Positions 15,661-25,283 of a stretch of 64,000 nt of DNA are shown here, one piece after another. The DNA comes from an uncultured delta proteobacterium. Its GTDB lineage: Bacteria > Desulfobacterota > Zymogenia > Zymogenales > Zymogenaceae. The notes beneath the pieces were generated by a model. That model saw only the letters and a list, made by a program, of their open reading frames with translations. It was not told the origin of the DNA and searched no databases. Location of the stretch: positions 32,001-96,000 of the forward strand of contig CAVTLK010000004.1 of the NCBI GenBank assembly GCA_963735595.1, written 5' to 3'. The position numbers were made by a program, and so were the translations under genes. Numbering within the stretch: position 1 is the first letter of the stretch; every line of letters begins with the position of its first letter.

Positions 15661-15688
15661 AAAAGACACAATTCGATGAATATTCTAT

Positions 15689-16081
15689 ATGGGTAGGATT
15701 ATTAATAAGGATTTGAGGCTGAAGGCTGTTGATTTGAGGAACAATATGACAAAGGCTGAAATCATCCTTTGGTCAAGATTACGAATGAGAAAGGTTGAAG
15801 GATTAAAATTCAGAAGGCAGCAGCCGATTTTTAATTATATAGTCGATTTTTATTGCCATGAAACAAAACTTATAATAGAAGTTGACGGTGAGATTCATAA
15901 TCTCCCGGAACAAAGGAAATCTGATAAGTACAGAAATAAGATTTTGACTCTTAATGGCTTTAATATTATTCATTTTACTAATCATGAGATAGAAACTAAT
16001 GTAGATTCTGTAATTGCTAAAATTAAAACTACAATCAATCGCCTTTTGTCTCCCCCTCTGGGGGACCACAGGGAGTCGTAA
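15689..16081 (+). CDS. DUF559 / Vsr-like PD-(D/E)XK endonuclease
   Basis: LRNNMTKAEIILWSRLR, KFRRQ.PI..YIVDFYC, LIIEVDGEIH. AT-richer than its neighbours. Confidence 0.9.
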   Translation: MGRIINKDLRLKAVDLRNNMTKAEIILWSRLRMRKVEGLKFRRQQPIFNYIVDFYCHETKLIIEVDGEIHNLPEQRKSDKYRNKILTLNGFNIIHFTNHEIETNVDSVIAKIKTTINRLLSPPLGDHRES

Positions 16082-16140
16082 AAATGAAAAACACGCTAAA
16101 AAATACAACCTCGTCCCCCTCCCAGGGGGACCACAGGGGG
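16051..16140. repeat. two REP-like palindromes right of or overlapping the DUF559 gene, inverted relative to the left pair
   Basis: TCCCCCTCTGGGGGACCACAGGGAG (16051-16075) and TCCCCCTCCCAGGGGGACCACAGGGGG (16114-16140) resemble the reverse complement of the left copies. Confidence 0.85.
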
Positions 16141-17652
16141 TTCTACATGTCTACTCCAATTTTAATTGGCTCCACACCGATTGGAGGGTCCAATCCCATC
16201 CGTCTTCAATCGATGACCAATACTGATACGATGGATACACAGGCATCTGTTGCCCAATGTATCAGGATCATTGAAGCCGGAGCTGATTATGTAAGGCTTA
16301 CAGCACAGGGTGTAAAGGAAGCTGAGAATCTGGAAAACATAAAAAAAGAACTCCGCAGGGAAGGTTTTGAAACACCTCTCATTGCCGATATCCATTTCAA
16401 TCCGGCAGCAGCAGAAACAGCTGCCCGCATTGTCGAAAAAGTAAGGATCAATCCGGGCAACTATGCCGATAAAAGAGCTTCATTCATAAAAGCAGAATTC
16501 ACTGAGAAGGAGTATAATGAAGAACTCGAAAAGATCCATGAGAGGCTTCTTCCTCTTATAAATATCTGCAGGGAAAACAAAACTGTAATCAGGCTGGGAA
16601 TAAACCATGGCTCTCTTTCCGACCGGATAATGACCCGTTACGGTAACACTCCGAAAGGAATGGTCGCCTCAGCAATTGAATTTATAAAGATCTTCAGGTC
16701 TGAGAACTTTAACAACATTGTCCTTTCAATGAAATCGTCGGACACGGTTGTTCTTGTAGAGTCCAACAGACTGCTGGTAAGTGAGATGCAAAGAGAGGGG
16801 GTAGCTTTTCCAATACATCTTGGAGTTACAGAGGCGGGCGAAGGTGAAGACGGAAGGATAAGGTCGGCTGCAGGGATTGGGGCCCTTTTATCGGAGGGCA
16901 TCGGAGACACAATAAGGGTTTCCCTTACCGAAGATCCTGAAAAAGAGATCCCGGTAGCTAAAGAAATTCTCAACTTCATTGGAGAAAAAGGCAGGATTAA
17001 AAATCCTCAGTCACCCATTCCTTTCAGACAACGTGATACTCTATACAGACCCGAGGTCATTGTTTGTGATTCAGGCAACTTTATTTCTGAATCGGGTGAG
17101 CCTTATAAAGGGGAGGTGATCACATTTAATGCCGGAAATCCGCCTCATCTTCCTGAAAAATCAAAATCAAAGATTATTCTTAATCCGATCTTTGATGAAG
17201 ATGATCCGGTAAAGCTTGCTATTAACGCTTCTGCTCTCCTTGGAAGATATTTCATATTAAAACAGCCTGATGGTATTTGCATAACAAACCGGGGAAAAGT
17301 ACAGGGAGAAAAACTCAGGGAGATCTCATTTGGCATACTTCAGGCGACAGAAGCAAGGATAACCCGCAACAGATATATTTCATGTCCCACCTGCGGCCGT
17401 ACAAAGTTCAATCTACAGGAGGCAGTTCAGAAAGTAAAGGAAGCTACAGTACATCTTACCGGACTCAAAATAGCAGTAATGGGATGCATCGTAAACGGAC
17501 CCGGGGAAATGGCCGGAGCCGATTATGGGTATGTGGGTGCCGGAGAAGGCAAGGTTCATATATACAGGGGAACGGTGCCTGTGAAGAAAAATGTACTTCA
17601 GGTAGATGCGGTGGAAGAGCTGCTGAAAATAATTGAAGAGGATCAAAAGTAA
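16084..17652 (+). CDS. ispG: 4-hydroxy-3-methylbut-2-en-1-yl diphosphate synthase (alternative start 16147)
   Basis: QSMTNT, PLIADIHF, RINPGN, HLGVTEAG, GIGDTIRVSLT, SCPTCGRT, MGCIVNGPGE. Confidence 0.96.
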   Translation: MKNTLKNTTSSPSQGDHRGFYMSTPILIGSTPIGGSNPIRLQSMTNTDTMDTQASVAQCIRIIEAGADYVRLTAQGVKEAENLENIKKELRREGFETPLIADIHFNPAAAETAARIVEKVRINPGNYADKRASFIKAEFTEKEYNEELEKIHERLLPLINICRENKTVIRLGINHGSLSDRIMTRYGNTPKGMVASAIEFIKIFRSENFNNIVLSMKSSDTVVLVESNRLLVSEMQREGVAFPIHLGVTEAGEGEDGRIRSAAGIGALLSEGIGDTIRVSLTEDPEKEIPVAKEILNFIGEKGRIKNPQSPIPFRQRDTLYRPEVIVCDSGNFISESGEPYKGEVITFNAGNPPHLPEKSKSKIILNPIFDEDDPVKLAINASALLGRYFILKQPDGICITNRGKVQGEKLREISFGILQATEARITRNRYISCPTCGRTKFNLQEAVQKVKEATVHLTGLKIAVMGCIVNGPGEMAGADYGYVGAGEGKVHIYRGTVPVKKNVLQVDAVEELLKIIEEDQK

Positions 17653-17653
17653 A

Positions 17654-17770
17654 ACCCCTGTCCCGATTACTCGGGACTGCCCCCTGAAGGGGGCTCAAGG
17701 CCCCTAACTCATTAAAATTAGTAGTGCGTTTTAGACCCCCTTTAGGGGGTGCTGCGAAGCAGCGGGGGTT
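17654..17770. repeat. inverted pair of C/G palindromic elements between convergent ispG and rnr
   Basis: CCCCTGTCCCGATTACTCGGGACTGCCCCCTGAAGGGGGC and CCCCCTTTAGGGGGTGCTGCGAAGCAGCGGGGG. Same family as 6430-6513. Confidence 0.8.
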
Positions 17771-19903
17771 TACACCAATCTGTAATCCAATTGTTTTTTC
17801 TGCAGATCCGCCTTCACAACTTCGATCGTAACTCTGTCGCCGAGAGTATAAACCTTGCCGTCTGATCTTCCACGGATGCAATAATTCTCCTCATCATATT
17901 CATAGTAGTCATCTCCGAGCTCGCGGATATTAACCATTCCTTCGCACTGGTTCTCAATTATTTCCACATATATCCCCCACTCGGTTACACCTGAGATCAC
18001 TCCTTCAAAATGCTTTCCGAGCTTATCGCTCATGTACTCGACCTGCTTGTATTTTACCGATGCTCTCTCAGCTTCGGTGGCAACTCTTTCCATCTTTGAC
18101 GAATGCTGACACAGCTTTTCATACTTATCCAGTCCGCCCGGATTCTCTTCTGCCAGATAAGAAGTCAGAAGCCTGTGGACCATCATATCGGGGTACCTCC
18201 TGATGGGAGATGTGAAATGAGTATAGTACTTGAATGCAAGACCATAATGACCAATATTCTCAGTTGAATAGACAGCCTTTGCCATTGAACGAAGAGCAAG
18301 TGTTTCGATAATATTCTGTTCTTTTTTGCCAACCACCGAATTAAGGAGCCTGTTCATCGCCCTGGGGAGAGGGGTCTTATCATCCGCCGCCAGCGTATAT
18401 CCGAATCGTGTCACAAAATGGCTGAAGTTGTCGATCTTTTCCGGATCGGGTTCGTCGTGAATACGGTACACAAATGTTTTTCCCTTCAGCTTCTTCCCTA
18501 CATACTCTGCAACATGTCTGTTTGCGAGGAGCATGAACTCCTCGATAAGCTGGTTGGCAGTTCCCATATCGCGGAATTTTATGCCAAGTGGTTTGCCATT
18601 ATCATCAAGATCAAACTGAACTTCTATCTTTTCAAAATAAAATGCCCCGGCCGAAAAACGTTTTGCCCTCAGCTTCTGGGCAAGATCATGAAGAAGCAGG
18701 ATTTGTTCCTTCATAACTCCATCTCCTGCGTCGATGACCTCCTGGGCTTCGTTATATGAGAAGCGCATGTCTGAGTTAATGATAGTTCTTCCGAACCATT
18801 CATTAAGCACTTCGGCTTTCTCATTCATCTCGAAAACAGCTCCATAAGTCAGTTTGTCTTCAGAAGGATTAAGAGAACATATATGATTTGAGAGCCTCTC
18901 CGGAAGCATCGGTACTACCCTGTCGACAAGGTAAACGGACGTCGCCCGTTGTTTTGCCTCTTCTTCAAGCAGGGAGCCTGGTTTTACATAGTGAGTAACA
19001 TCAGCTATATGAACTCCAATCTCCCAGTTGCCGTTATCCAGTTTTCTGAGCGAGAGGGCATCATCAAAGTCGCGTGCATCTGAAGGGTCGACGGTAAAAG
19101 TAGGAACACTTCTGAAATCGCGACGTGCTTTAATGTCAGACTTCAGTGATCTGTGCCGGTATCATTTCAGCCTCATGTTCCACCTCTTCTGTAAACTGAT
19201 AAGGAAGTTCAAATTCGGCGAGGATGGCATGCATCTCTGTCTCGTGCAGTCCGGGATCACCAAGTACATTAATGATCTCGGCAACGGGATTCTTTGATTT
19301 GGGATTCCAGTCTATGACCTTTGCTACAGCTTTCTGACCCTGTTTTGCACCGTTCAGCTTTGATGAAGGAATGAAAAGGTCGAAAGGCATGTTCTTGTTA
19401 TCGGGCATGAGGAACGCGAAACTGGGCATTATCTCAACTGTTCCTACAAAGGTGGTTCGCCATCTCTCAATGATCTCAACGACTTCTCCTTCAGGCCTTG
19501 CTCCTTTTCGTTTTGCAAAGAGCAAAACTTTAACCTTATCTCCATGAAGGGCAGTACGAAGGTTTTTTGCCGAGATAAACACATCATCTTCGATCTCGTC
19601 TGACGAAACGAAGCCATATCCCATCCTTGTCATATCGACAGTGCCTGTTATATGTCCGCGGCTTGCCTTGGACTTGTACTTTCCTTCATAAACTTCCTTA
19701 AGGGCTCCCCTGATTGACAGCTCCTTAAGTATCTCCGAAACCATCTGCTTCTCAGACGGATCTGTTATATTCAATCGTTTTGCGATCTGCTTGTAATTGA
19801 ATCCCTCCTGGGGACTCTTTGAAAGAATAATCTGTATTTGTTCTGATACTGATTCCCTTGATAACCCGGATGTTTTACCCCTTTTACCCTTCTTTTTGCT
19901 CAT
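17770..19903 (-). CDS. rnr: ribonuclease R, one frameshift near 19140
   Basis: N-terminal HTH/cold-shock part (19136-19903), RNB domain (TVDPSDARDFDDALS by hand; LIEEFMLLAN, HFTSPIRRYPD), C-terminal S1 domain. Confidence 0.95.
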
Positions 19904-19981
19904 AATGCAGTTTTTGCGAAGGTACAAAAATGAAGCTGAAATGTAGTATATTTGATCAGAGAGGAGGATAGTTGAAATCAA

Positions 19982-20267
19982 ATGATAAGCCTGAACAGTG
20001 TTGTATCACAGTCATCGTCAATTGTGACAAGGAAAACAGGCAAGGAGTATGTGCTTGTTCCCATAGCAAATAATATTGCTGACATGAACAGTGTATATAC
20101 ACTAAACGAAACAGGAGCATTTCTCTGGGAACAGATTGATGGCAGGAAGAGCGTAAAGGATCTTGATCGAAGCTCTGATCTCTGAGTATGAAATTGATAA
20201 AGAGACTGCAACCGGGGATGTTTTTTCATTCATAGAAGAAATGAACAGATATTTGATAATAAGATAA
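19982..20267 (+). CDS. PqqD-family protein / RiPP recognition element, frameshift near 20163
   Basis: VYTLNETGAFLWEQIDGRKSVKDL. Removing one base continues IEALISEYEIDKETATGDVFSFIEEMNRYLIIR*, a typical PqqD C-terminal helix. TATATTTG -7 element at 19947-19954. Confidence 0.85.
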
Positions 20268-20309
20268 ATCCAACCGCAAAGAAGACACCTGCATGTTAAG
20301 AAATAGAAT

Positions 20310-20654
20310 ACCCCCATCCCCGCCTTCCCCCAGGGGGGAAGGGGCGACAACAATATACAGACTTCCCCCGAAAAGGGGATTGGTACTTTTTGGAGTGAAA
20401 ATATAACAATGAACAGGCCTTTCCCCCCGTGGGGGGAAACTGAAAGGGGGGTTGTTTACAAACAGGAACTGAAAGGGGGGTCGGAGAAAAAGTCACTAGG
20501 AATCAACTAACCCCCATCCCATCCTTCCCCCAGGGGGGAAGGGGCGACAACAATATACAGACTTCCCCCGAGAAAGGGGATTGGTACTTTTTGGAGTGAA
20601 AATATAACAATGAACAGGCCTTTCCCCCCGTGGGGGGAAACTGAAAGGGGGGTT
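20310..20654. repeat. two direct copies (~145 bp each, ~200-bp period) of an inverted REP-like doublet
   Basis: CCCCCATCCC..CCTTCCCCCAGGGGGGAAGGGGCGACAACAATATACAGACTTCCCCCG...GGCCTTTCCCCCCGTGGGGGGAAACTGAAAGGGGGGTT at 20310-20453 and 20510-20654, near identical. Confidence 0.9.
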
Positions 20655-20796
20655 GGTAATAAAAATTGGGAAATGCAAAAAGGGAGTCAGTAACTAAATA
20701 TGGGAACGGGAAGGAGGTTTGGTATTTTAAAGGGGAGATGGGGAGCTTGACAAAAAAGATGGCGGATGGGAAGTTGTGATAGATTTTGGATGAGAA

Positions 20797-22125
20797 ATGA
20801 ACAGCTACAGTTTAAATATTGCCAATTACATTATCAGATTTATAAGTGAATCTGATTCGCCGGAATTGATTCCGGGAGAAAGGTTCCTCAGGAATATCTA
20901 TACCGGAAGCGATTCTGACATAATAATAACTGTTCATACCGGGAAGTTCATAATACCAGCTGATTCAGAAAAAGTCTTTGATGCACCTTATGTGGAAGAG
21001 ATAAACGGCGTCAGAATAAAAAAGAGTGATAATTTCTGGAGTGTCCATAAGCATAATAATGATCTTTTTATTAAAACAGTTTTTCCTCTCTCCTCCGATA
21101 AGAAATCAGCCGTTCTTAAATTTTCACTTTCAGATAAAAACTGGGATCTTTATTTCGACGGTGCAGATAGGGAAACTGATCCTTTCGAATACCCGCTCGA
21201 CGGACTTATACTCTATTATCTGACCGCAATCAAAGGCGATATAATGATCCATGCCTCGGGAGTGAACCATGATGGACTTGGGTATCTCTTCAGCGGTGTT
21301 TCAGGGAAAGGGAAGACAACGATGGCTAAACTCTGGGATAATGCCGGAGCACAAGTAATCCACGACGACCGCCTCATCGTGCGAAAGACCGAAAACGGGT
21401 ATAAAATGCATAACACCCCTGTATATAATAATGATGAGCCAAAAGAATCACCTCTCGATATGATCTTTCTTATCGATCACGGTAAAGAGAATGAACTATC
21501 CCCTGTCGGGGGCGCTGTGTCAGTAAGCATGGTAATGGCAAACTGTATCCAGCATGCCTGGGATACTGAAATTATTTCCAGGCTTCTTGACTCGGTATCG
21601 AAAGTGTGCTCTATCGTTCCTGTCAGACTACTTTCTTTCAAACCCGACAAGAGTATAGTTGATTATATCATTGAAGACAATAAAGCTCCAGAGAATCATA
21701 TTATTGTTAAGGATATAGGATTCATGCTATTGACTGAAGGAAAAAGCCTTAAGGTTAAAGCTGATGGCTATAGCATGTATCCTTCAATAAAACCCGGTTC
21801 AATAGTCCTTATCGAACCGCTTTCTGATGGTCTTCCTCCTTCGCCGGGCGAGATAATTGCCTGGAAACGTGAATCGGGATTTGTAGTTCACCGTCTTGTG
21901 AGAATCATTAAGGAAGGAGATAAGATCAGTTTCATCACAAGAGGAGACAGCTGTGCTTGTGAGGACCATCCGGTAAAAAGAGATCAGATCGCCGGGAAGG
22001 TTGTTCAGGTTGAGAGTGTTACAGGCAGGATATTATCGGCGGGTGGCAGTTTGATACGGAAACCTTGTTATCTTTATAATAGATTAGTTGTTTGGGTGTT
22101 ATTAAGGATCAGGAAAATATTATAA
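20797..22125 (+). CDS. HPr-kinase-like/ScmC-like P-loop protein fused to an S24/S26 signal-peptidase-like domain
   Basis: IHASGV...FSGVSGKGKTT (Walker A)...IHDD in the N-terminal part. GYSMYPSIKPG, VVHRL and TRGDS (Ser/His-type S26 motifs) in the C-terminal ~140 aa. Confidence 0.75.
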   Translation: MNSYSLNIANYIIRFISESDSPELIPGERFLRNIYTGSDSDIIITVHTGKFIIPADSEKVFDAPYVEEINGVRIKKSDNFWSVHKHNNDLFIKTVFPLSSDKKSAVLKFSLSDKNWDLYFDGADRETDPFEYPLDGLILYYLTAIKGDIMIHASGVNHDGLGYLFSGVSGKGKTTMAKLWDNAGAQVIHDDRLIVRKTENGYKMHNTPVYNNDEPKESPLDMIFLIDHGKENELSPVGGAVSVSMVMANCIQHAWDTEIISRLLDSVSKVCSIVPVRLLSFKPDKSIVDYIIEDNKAPENHIIVKDIGFMLLTEGKSLKVKADGYSMYPSIKPGSIVLIEPLSDGLPPSPGEIIAWKRESGFVVHRLVRIIKEGDKISFITRGDSCACEDHPVKRDQIAGKVVQVESVTGRILSAGGSLIRKPCYLYNRLVVWVLLRIRKIL

Positions 22126-22171
22126 ACCCCCCGGCCCCCCAGAGGGGGGTGCAAATCCATTACTGAATTAA

Positions 22172-23959
22172 ATGAGAGGTAAACTCAAATATTTCCGCGA
22201 ATCAATTAAGCTTGTCTGGAGATCTGCTCCGGGATGGGCGCTGGCAAATATTGTCATTTCAATATTGCGAAGCATCTTTCCCCTGTTGCTTATATGGCTG
22301 ATCAAGGGAGTTATCGATGGGATCACTGATGCTGCAGCTGCAAATCCCGGAGACAGCATTGTAAATCTCCTCTGGCCAATCATTGCAGTGGTTATTGTCT
22401 GGTTCCTCGATGAGGCAGTCATAGACACCGGAAACTATGTTCGTAAAAAACAGTCGGTAAAGCTTGAGTCGTATATGTATGGACTCCTCCATGAAAAGGC
22501 AATAAAACTTGATCTCATATACTTCGAACGCCCCGATTATTTTGATTGCCTGGCAAGAGCCTCCCGGGAAGCGCCATGGAGACCAAACAGCATCCTCAAC
22601 AATCTGGTTTCGATGTTCAGGGGCTTCTTATCGCTGGTGATCATGGCAGGAGTGCTTGCTTTTCTTCATTGGACAATTGCCCTGCTACTGCTTGTTGTAA
22701 ACATCCCGGGGATATGGCTGCGGCTTCATTATGCAGGAGTTCTTTATAATTTCCAGAAAGAACAAACACCGGAAGCCAGGAAAAGTGCCTATTTCAACTG
22801 GCTTCTTACAGGCGATCGTCCTTCAAGAGAGTTAAGGCTTTTCGGACTGGGGAACTATTTCATCTCTCTCTTCAAAAAATCTTTTAATCAAACAAAAGAA
22901 GAAGAGATAAAGATTGTCGGTAAGAGAACATTCATTGAAATAATTTCTGACCTGATAAAGGCGGCGGCGGTACTTGTTACTCTGCTTTATATCACACGCG
23001 AAACTATCCGGGGAACTCTCACTCTTGGACAGATGGCTATGTTCCTCCTGGCCTTCAGGCAGGGAATGGTAGCCATCAAGGAGCTCCTGGGTTCGCTGGC
23101 CGGACTTTATGAGGATAGCTTGTTTATAGGCGACACATTCGAATTCCTGAACCTTAAGGTAAATATAACAGCAAGACCTCCAGTTGTTGAGGTTAAAGAC
23201 CTTCACAACAGTATAAAGGCCGAGAACCTGTCATTCACCTACCCCGGGAACAATGAGAAGACAATTGATAATTTTTCTTTCGAGATAAAGAAAGGGGAGA
23301 TAATTGCTCTTGTTGGACCCAATGGCGCAGGGAAAAGCACACTTGTGAGGCTTCTGAGCCGTCTTTATGATCCGGATTCAGGTTCTGTTAAGATTGACGG
23401 AAATGATATAAGACATATTGATCCCGACAGCTACAGAAAAATGTTTTCAGTCGTTTTTCAGGATTTCATGCTTTACAATCTTGGGGCCGGGGAGAATATC
23501 CGGATGGGAAATGTGGAAGAGAAGGATCATGAAAATAAGATCGTCTCTTCGGCTTCAGCATCCGGGATCCATGATCTTATTAAGAATCTTCCCAACGGCT
23601 ATTCAACAGTTATCGGAACTCTTTTCGACGACAGCCGTGAGCTGAGCTGGGGAGAGTGGCAGAAGATAGCCCTGGCCAGAGCGCTTTTCAGGGATGCTCC
23701 GGTTTTAATTCTCGATGAACCATCGAGCGCCCTTGATGCCGACACCGAATATGAGATCTTCAGCAGGTTCAGGGAGACAGTAAGAGGCAGGACGTCAATC
23801 CTCATCAGTCACAGGTTTACAAATGTGAGCCTGGCCGACAGGATCATCGTGCTCAGCAAAGGAACCATTGCCGAGACCGGAACTCACGAGGAGCTCATGA
23901 GCATAAAAGGAATGTACTACACTATGTATACAAAGCAGAGCAGCAGATTTGAAAAATGA
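22172..23959 (+). CDS. ABC exporter (TMD-NBD fusion)
   Basis: Hydrophobic N-terminal half, GPNGAGKS, LSWGEWQKIALARA, LILDEPSSALD. Confidence 0.93.
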   Translation: MRGKLKYFRESIKLVWRSAPGWALANIVISILRSIFPLLLIWLIKGVIDGITDAAAANPGDSIVNLLWPIIAVVIVWFLDEAVIDTGNYVRKKQSVKLESYMYGLLHEKAIKLDLIYFERPDYFDCLARASREAPWRPNSILNNLVSMFRGFLSLVIMAGVLAFLHWTIALLLLVVNIPGIWLRLHYAGVLYNFQKEQTPEARKSAYFNWLLTGDRPSRELRLFGLGNYFISLFKKSFNQTKEEEIKIVGKRTFIEIISDLIKAAAVLVTLLYITRETIRGTLTLGQMAMFLLAFRQGMVAIKELLGSLAGLYEDSLFIGDTFEFLNLKVNITARPPVVEVKDLHNSIKAENLSFTYPGNNEKTIDNFSFEIKKGEIIALVGPNGAGKSTLVRLLSRLYDPDSGSVKIDGNDIRHIDPDSYRKMFSVVFQDFMLYNLGAGENIRMGNVEEKDHENKIVSSASASGIHDLIKNLPNGYSTVIGTLFDDSRELSWGEWQKIALARALFRDAPVLILDEPSSALDADTEYEIFSRFRETVRGRTSILISHRFTNVSLADRIIVLSKGTIAETGTHEELMSIKGMYYTMYTKQSSRFEK

Positions 23960-25158
23960 ACGGCAAGCTTGATATCAGGGATGAAGAGATACTTCTTCTG
24001 GGACTTTGCCGCCTTTCGTTCGACGTTGAGCTTACCATAATGCTGAGGGCGCTGGCTGAGACGGTAACCGACTGGAAATATTTTTCTTCACTCGCCAACA
24101 GGCATGGAGTGGCTGCCCTGGTTTATCATAATCTTGAAAAACTTGACTTTATCAAATTTATCCCTAAGGATTCTTCCGATATTCTGCATAATGCATTATT
24201 AGTGAATATCAGCAGGAATGCACGTAATGCAGAGGCGACTGTTTCCGTACTTAAACTGATGAATGAAGAGGAGATAAAGATCGTTCTTCTAAAAGGTCTT
24301 GCCCTGGAATTGACGGTTTACGGGAACATGGGCCTGAGGCAGATGACAGATGTCGACGTTCTTGCAACAAGGGATGACTGCATGAAGGCGCGAAGGGTGC
24401 TTATGGAAAATGGTTTTGCATCCCTTCCTGTGAAGTCGGTTCTGCACAAACCATTAATGGCATATACCGGCAAGCATCTTCCCACACTTACAAAAGATGG
24501 ATTCGCCATTGAGCTTCATCACGAACTTTTCGGGTCAGAGCAGAATGTACTGACGAAGATGCTTTATGAAACCAGTCGTGAGACAGATTTGAATTCGGCA
24601 AAAACTTATATCCCTCAGCCGCAGATCTTCCTTCTATATCTTGTCAAGCATCTTTACCTTCATGAGATGAACAACGAGTCGCAGCTAAGGCTTTACACCG
24701 ACTTTGTGGTGCTGATAGAGAAATACCGTGATGAGATCATCACCTACGATCTGCTTTCGTATGCCATTCAGGCAGGCATGGAAGAGATCCTTGCCTGGAG
24801 ACTTGAGCCGCTGAGAGACCTCTGGGGTATTTCTTTCCCGGAATGGATGAACGATTTTATCAATAAATGGTACAATCCTGCCTCGATAAACAAGTTTGTC
24901 TTCTTCCTGAAGAGTCCGAAAGATAATCATGTTGAGAACAGGGCGGAGAGATACCGGAATAATCTGAAAGAGATCCCTGGTCTACACCGTAAGATCCTTT
25001 ATTTCCTGGGAGATCTCTTCCCGACGTTTGAGTTTATGAAGAAAAGGTATAAGTGCAGGAGCACCTGGCAGACCCTGTTGTATTATCCGATGAGGTTGGG
25101 GAAGGTATGGTATCTGATAAAGGTACAAGGGTACAAGGGTGCAACGGTGCAACGGTGA
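23956..25158 (+). CDS. uncharacterised nucleotidyltransferase family protein (NTP_transf_5-like)
   Basis: DW...LANRHGVAAL, VLLKGLAL, LRQMTDVDVL, IELHHEL motifs. Overlaps the ABC gene stop (ATGA). Confidence 0.85.
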   Translation: MNGKLDIRDEEILLLGLCRLSFDVELTIMLRALAETVTDWKYFSSLANRHGVAALVYHNLEKLDFIKFIPKDSSDILHNALLVNISRNARNAEATVSVLKLMNEEEIKIVLLKGLALELTVYGNMGLRQMTDVDVLATRDDCMKARRVLMENGFASLPVKSVLHKPLMAYTGKHLPTLTKDGFAIELHHELFGSEQNVLTKMLYETSRETDLNSAKTYIPQPQIFLLYLVKHLYLHEMNNESQLRLYTDFVVLIEKYRDEIITYDLLSYAIQAGMEEILAWRLEPLRDLWGISFPEWMNDFINKWYNPASINKFVFFLKSPKDNHVENRAERYRNNLKEIPGLHRKILYFLGDLFPTFEFMKKRYKCRSTWQTLLYYPMRLGKVWYLIKVQGYKGATVQR

Positions 25159-25283
25159 GAGGGCGAGAGGGCGGAGAGGGGGAGAGAGGGGGAGAAGAAC
25201 TCCGTGAAAACCTCCGTGTAACTCCGTGCCCTCCGTGGTTAAAAAAACGGTCCAACGGTACAAGGGTACAAGGGTGCAACGGG
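25122..25283. repeat. short tandem oligomer repeats (GTACAAGG, GTGCAACG, CTCCGTG)
   Basis: GGTACAAGGGTACAAGGGTGCAACGG occurs at both ends. CTCCGTG occurs 4 times at 25200-25237, ending CTCCGTGGTTAA. Confidence 0.7.

Noticed and set aside
20296..20678. Small minus-strand ORFs as the RiPP precursor
   Set aside because: They are translations of the duplicated palindromic element and lie antisense to the operon.
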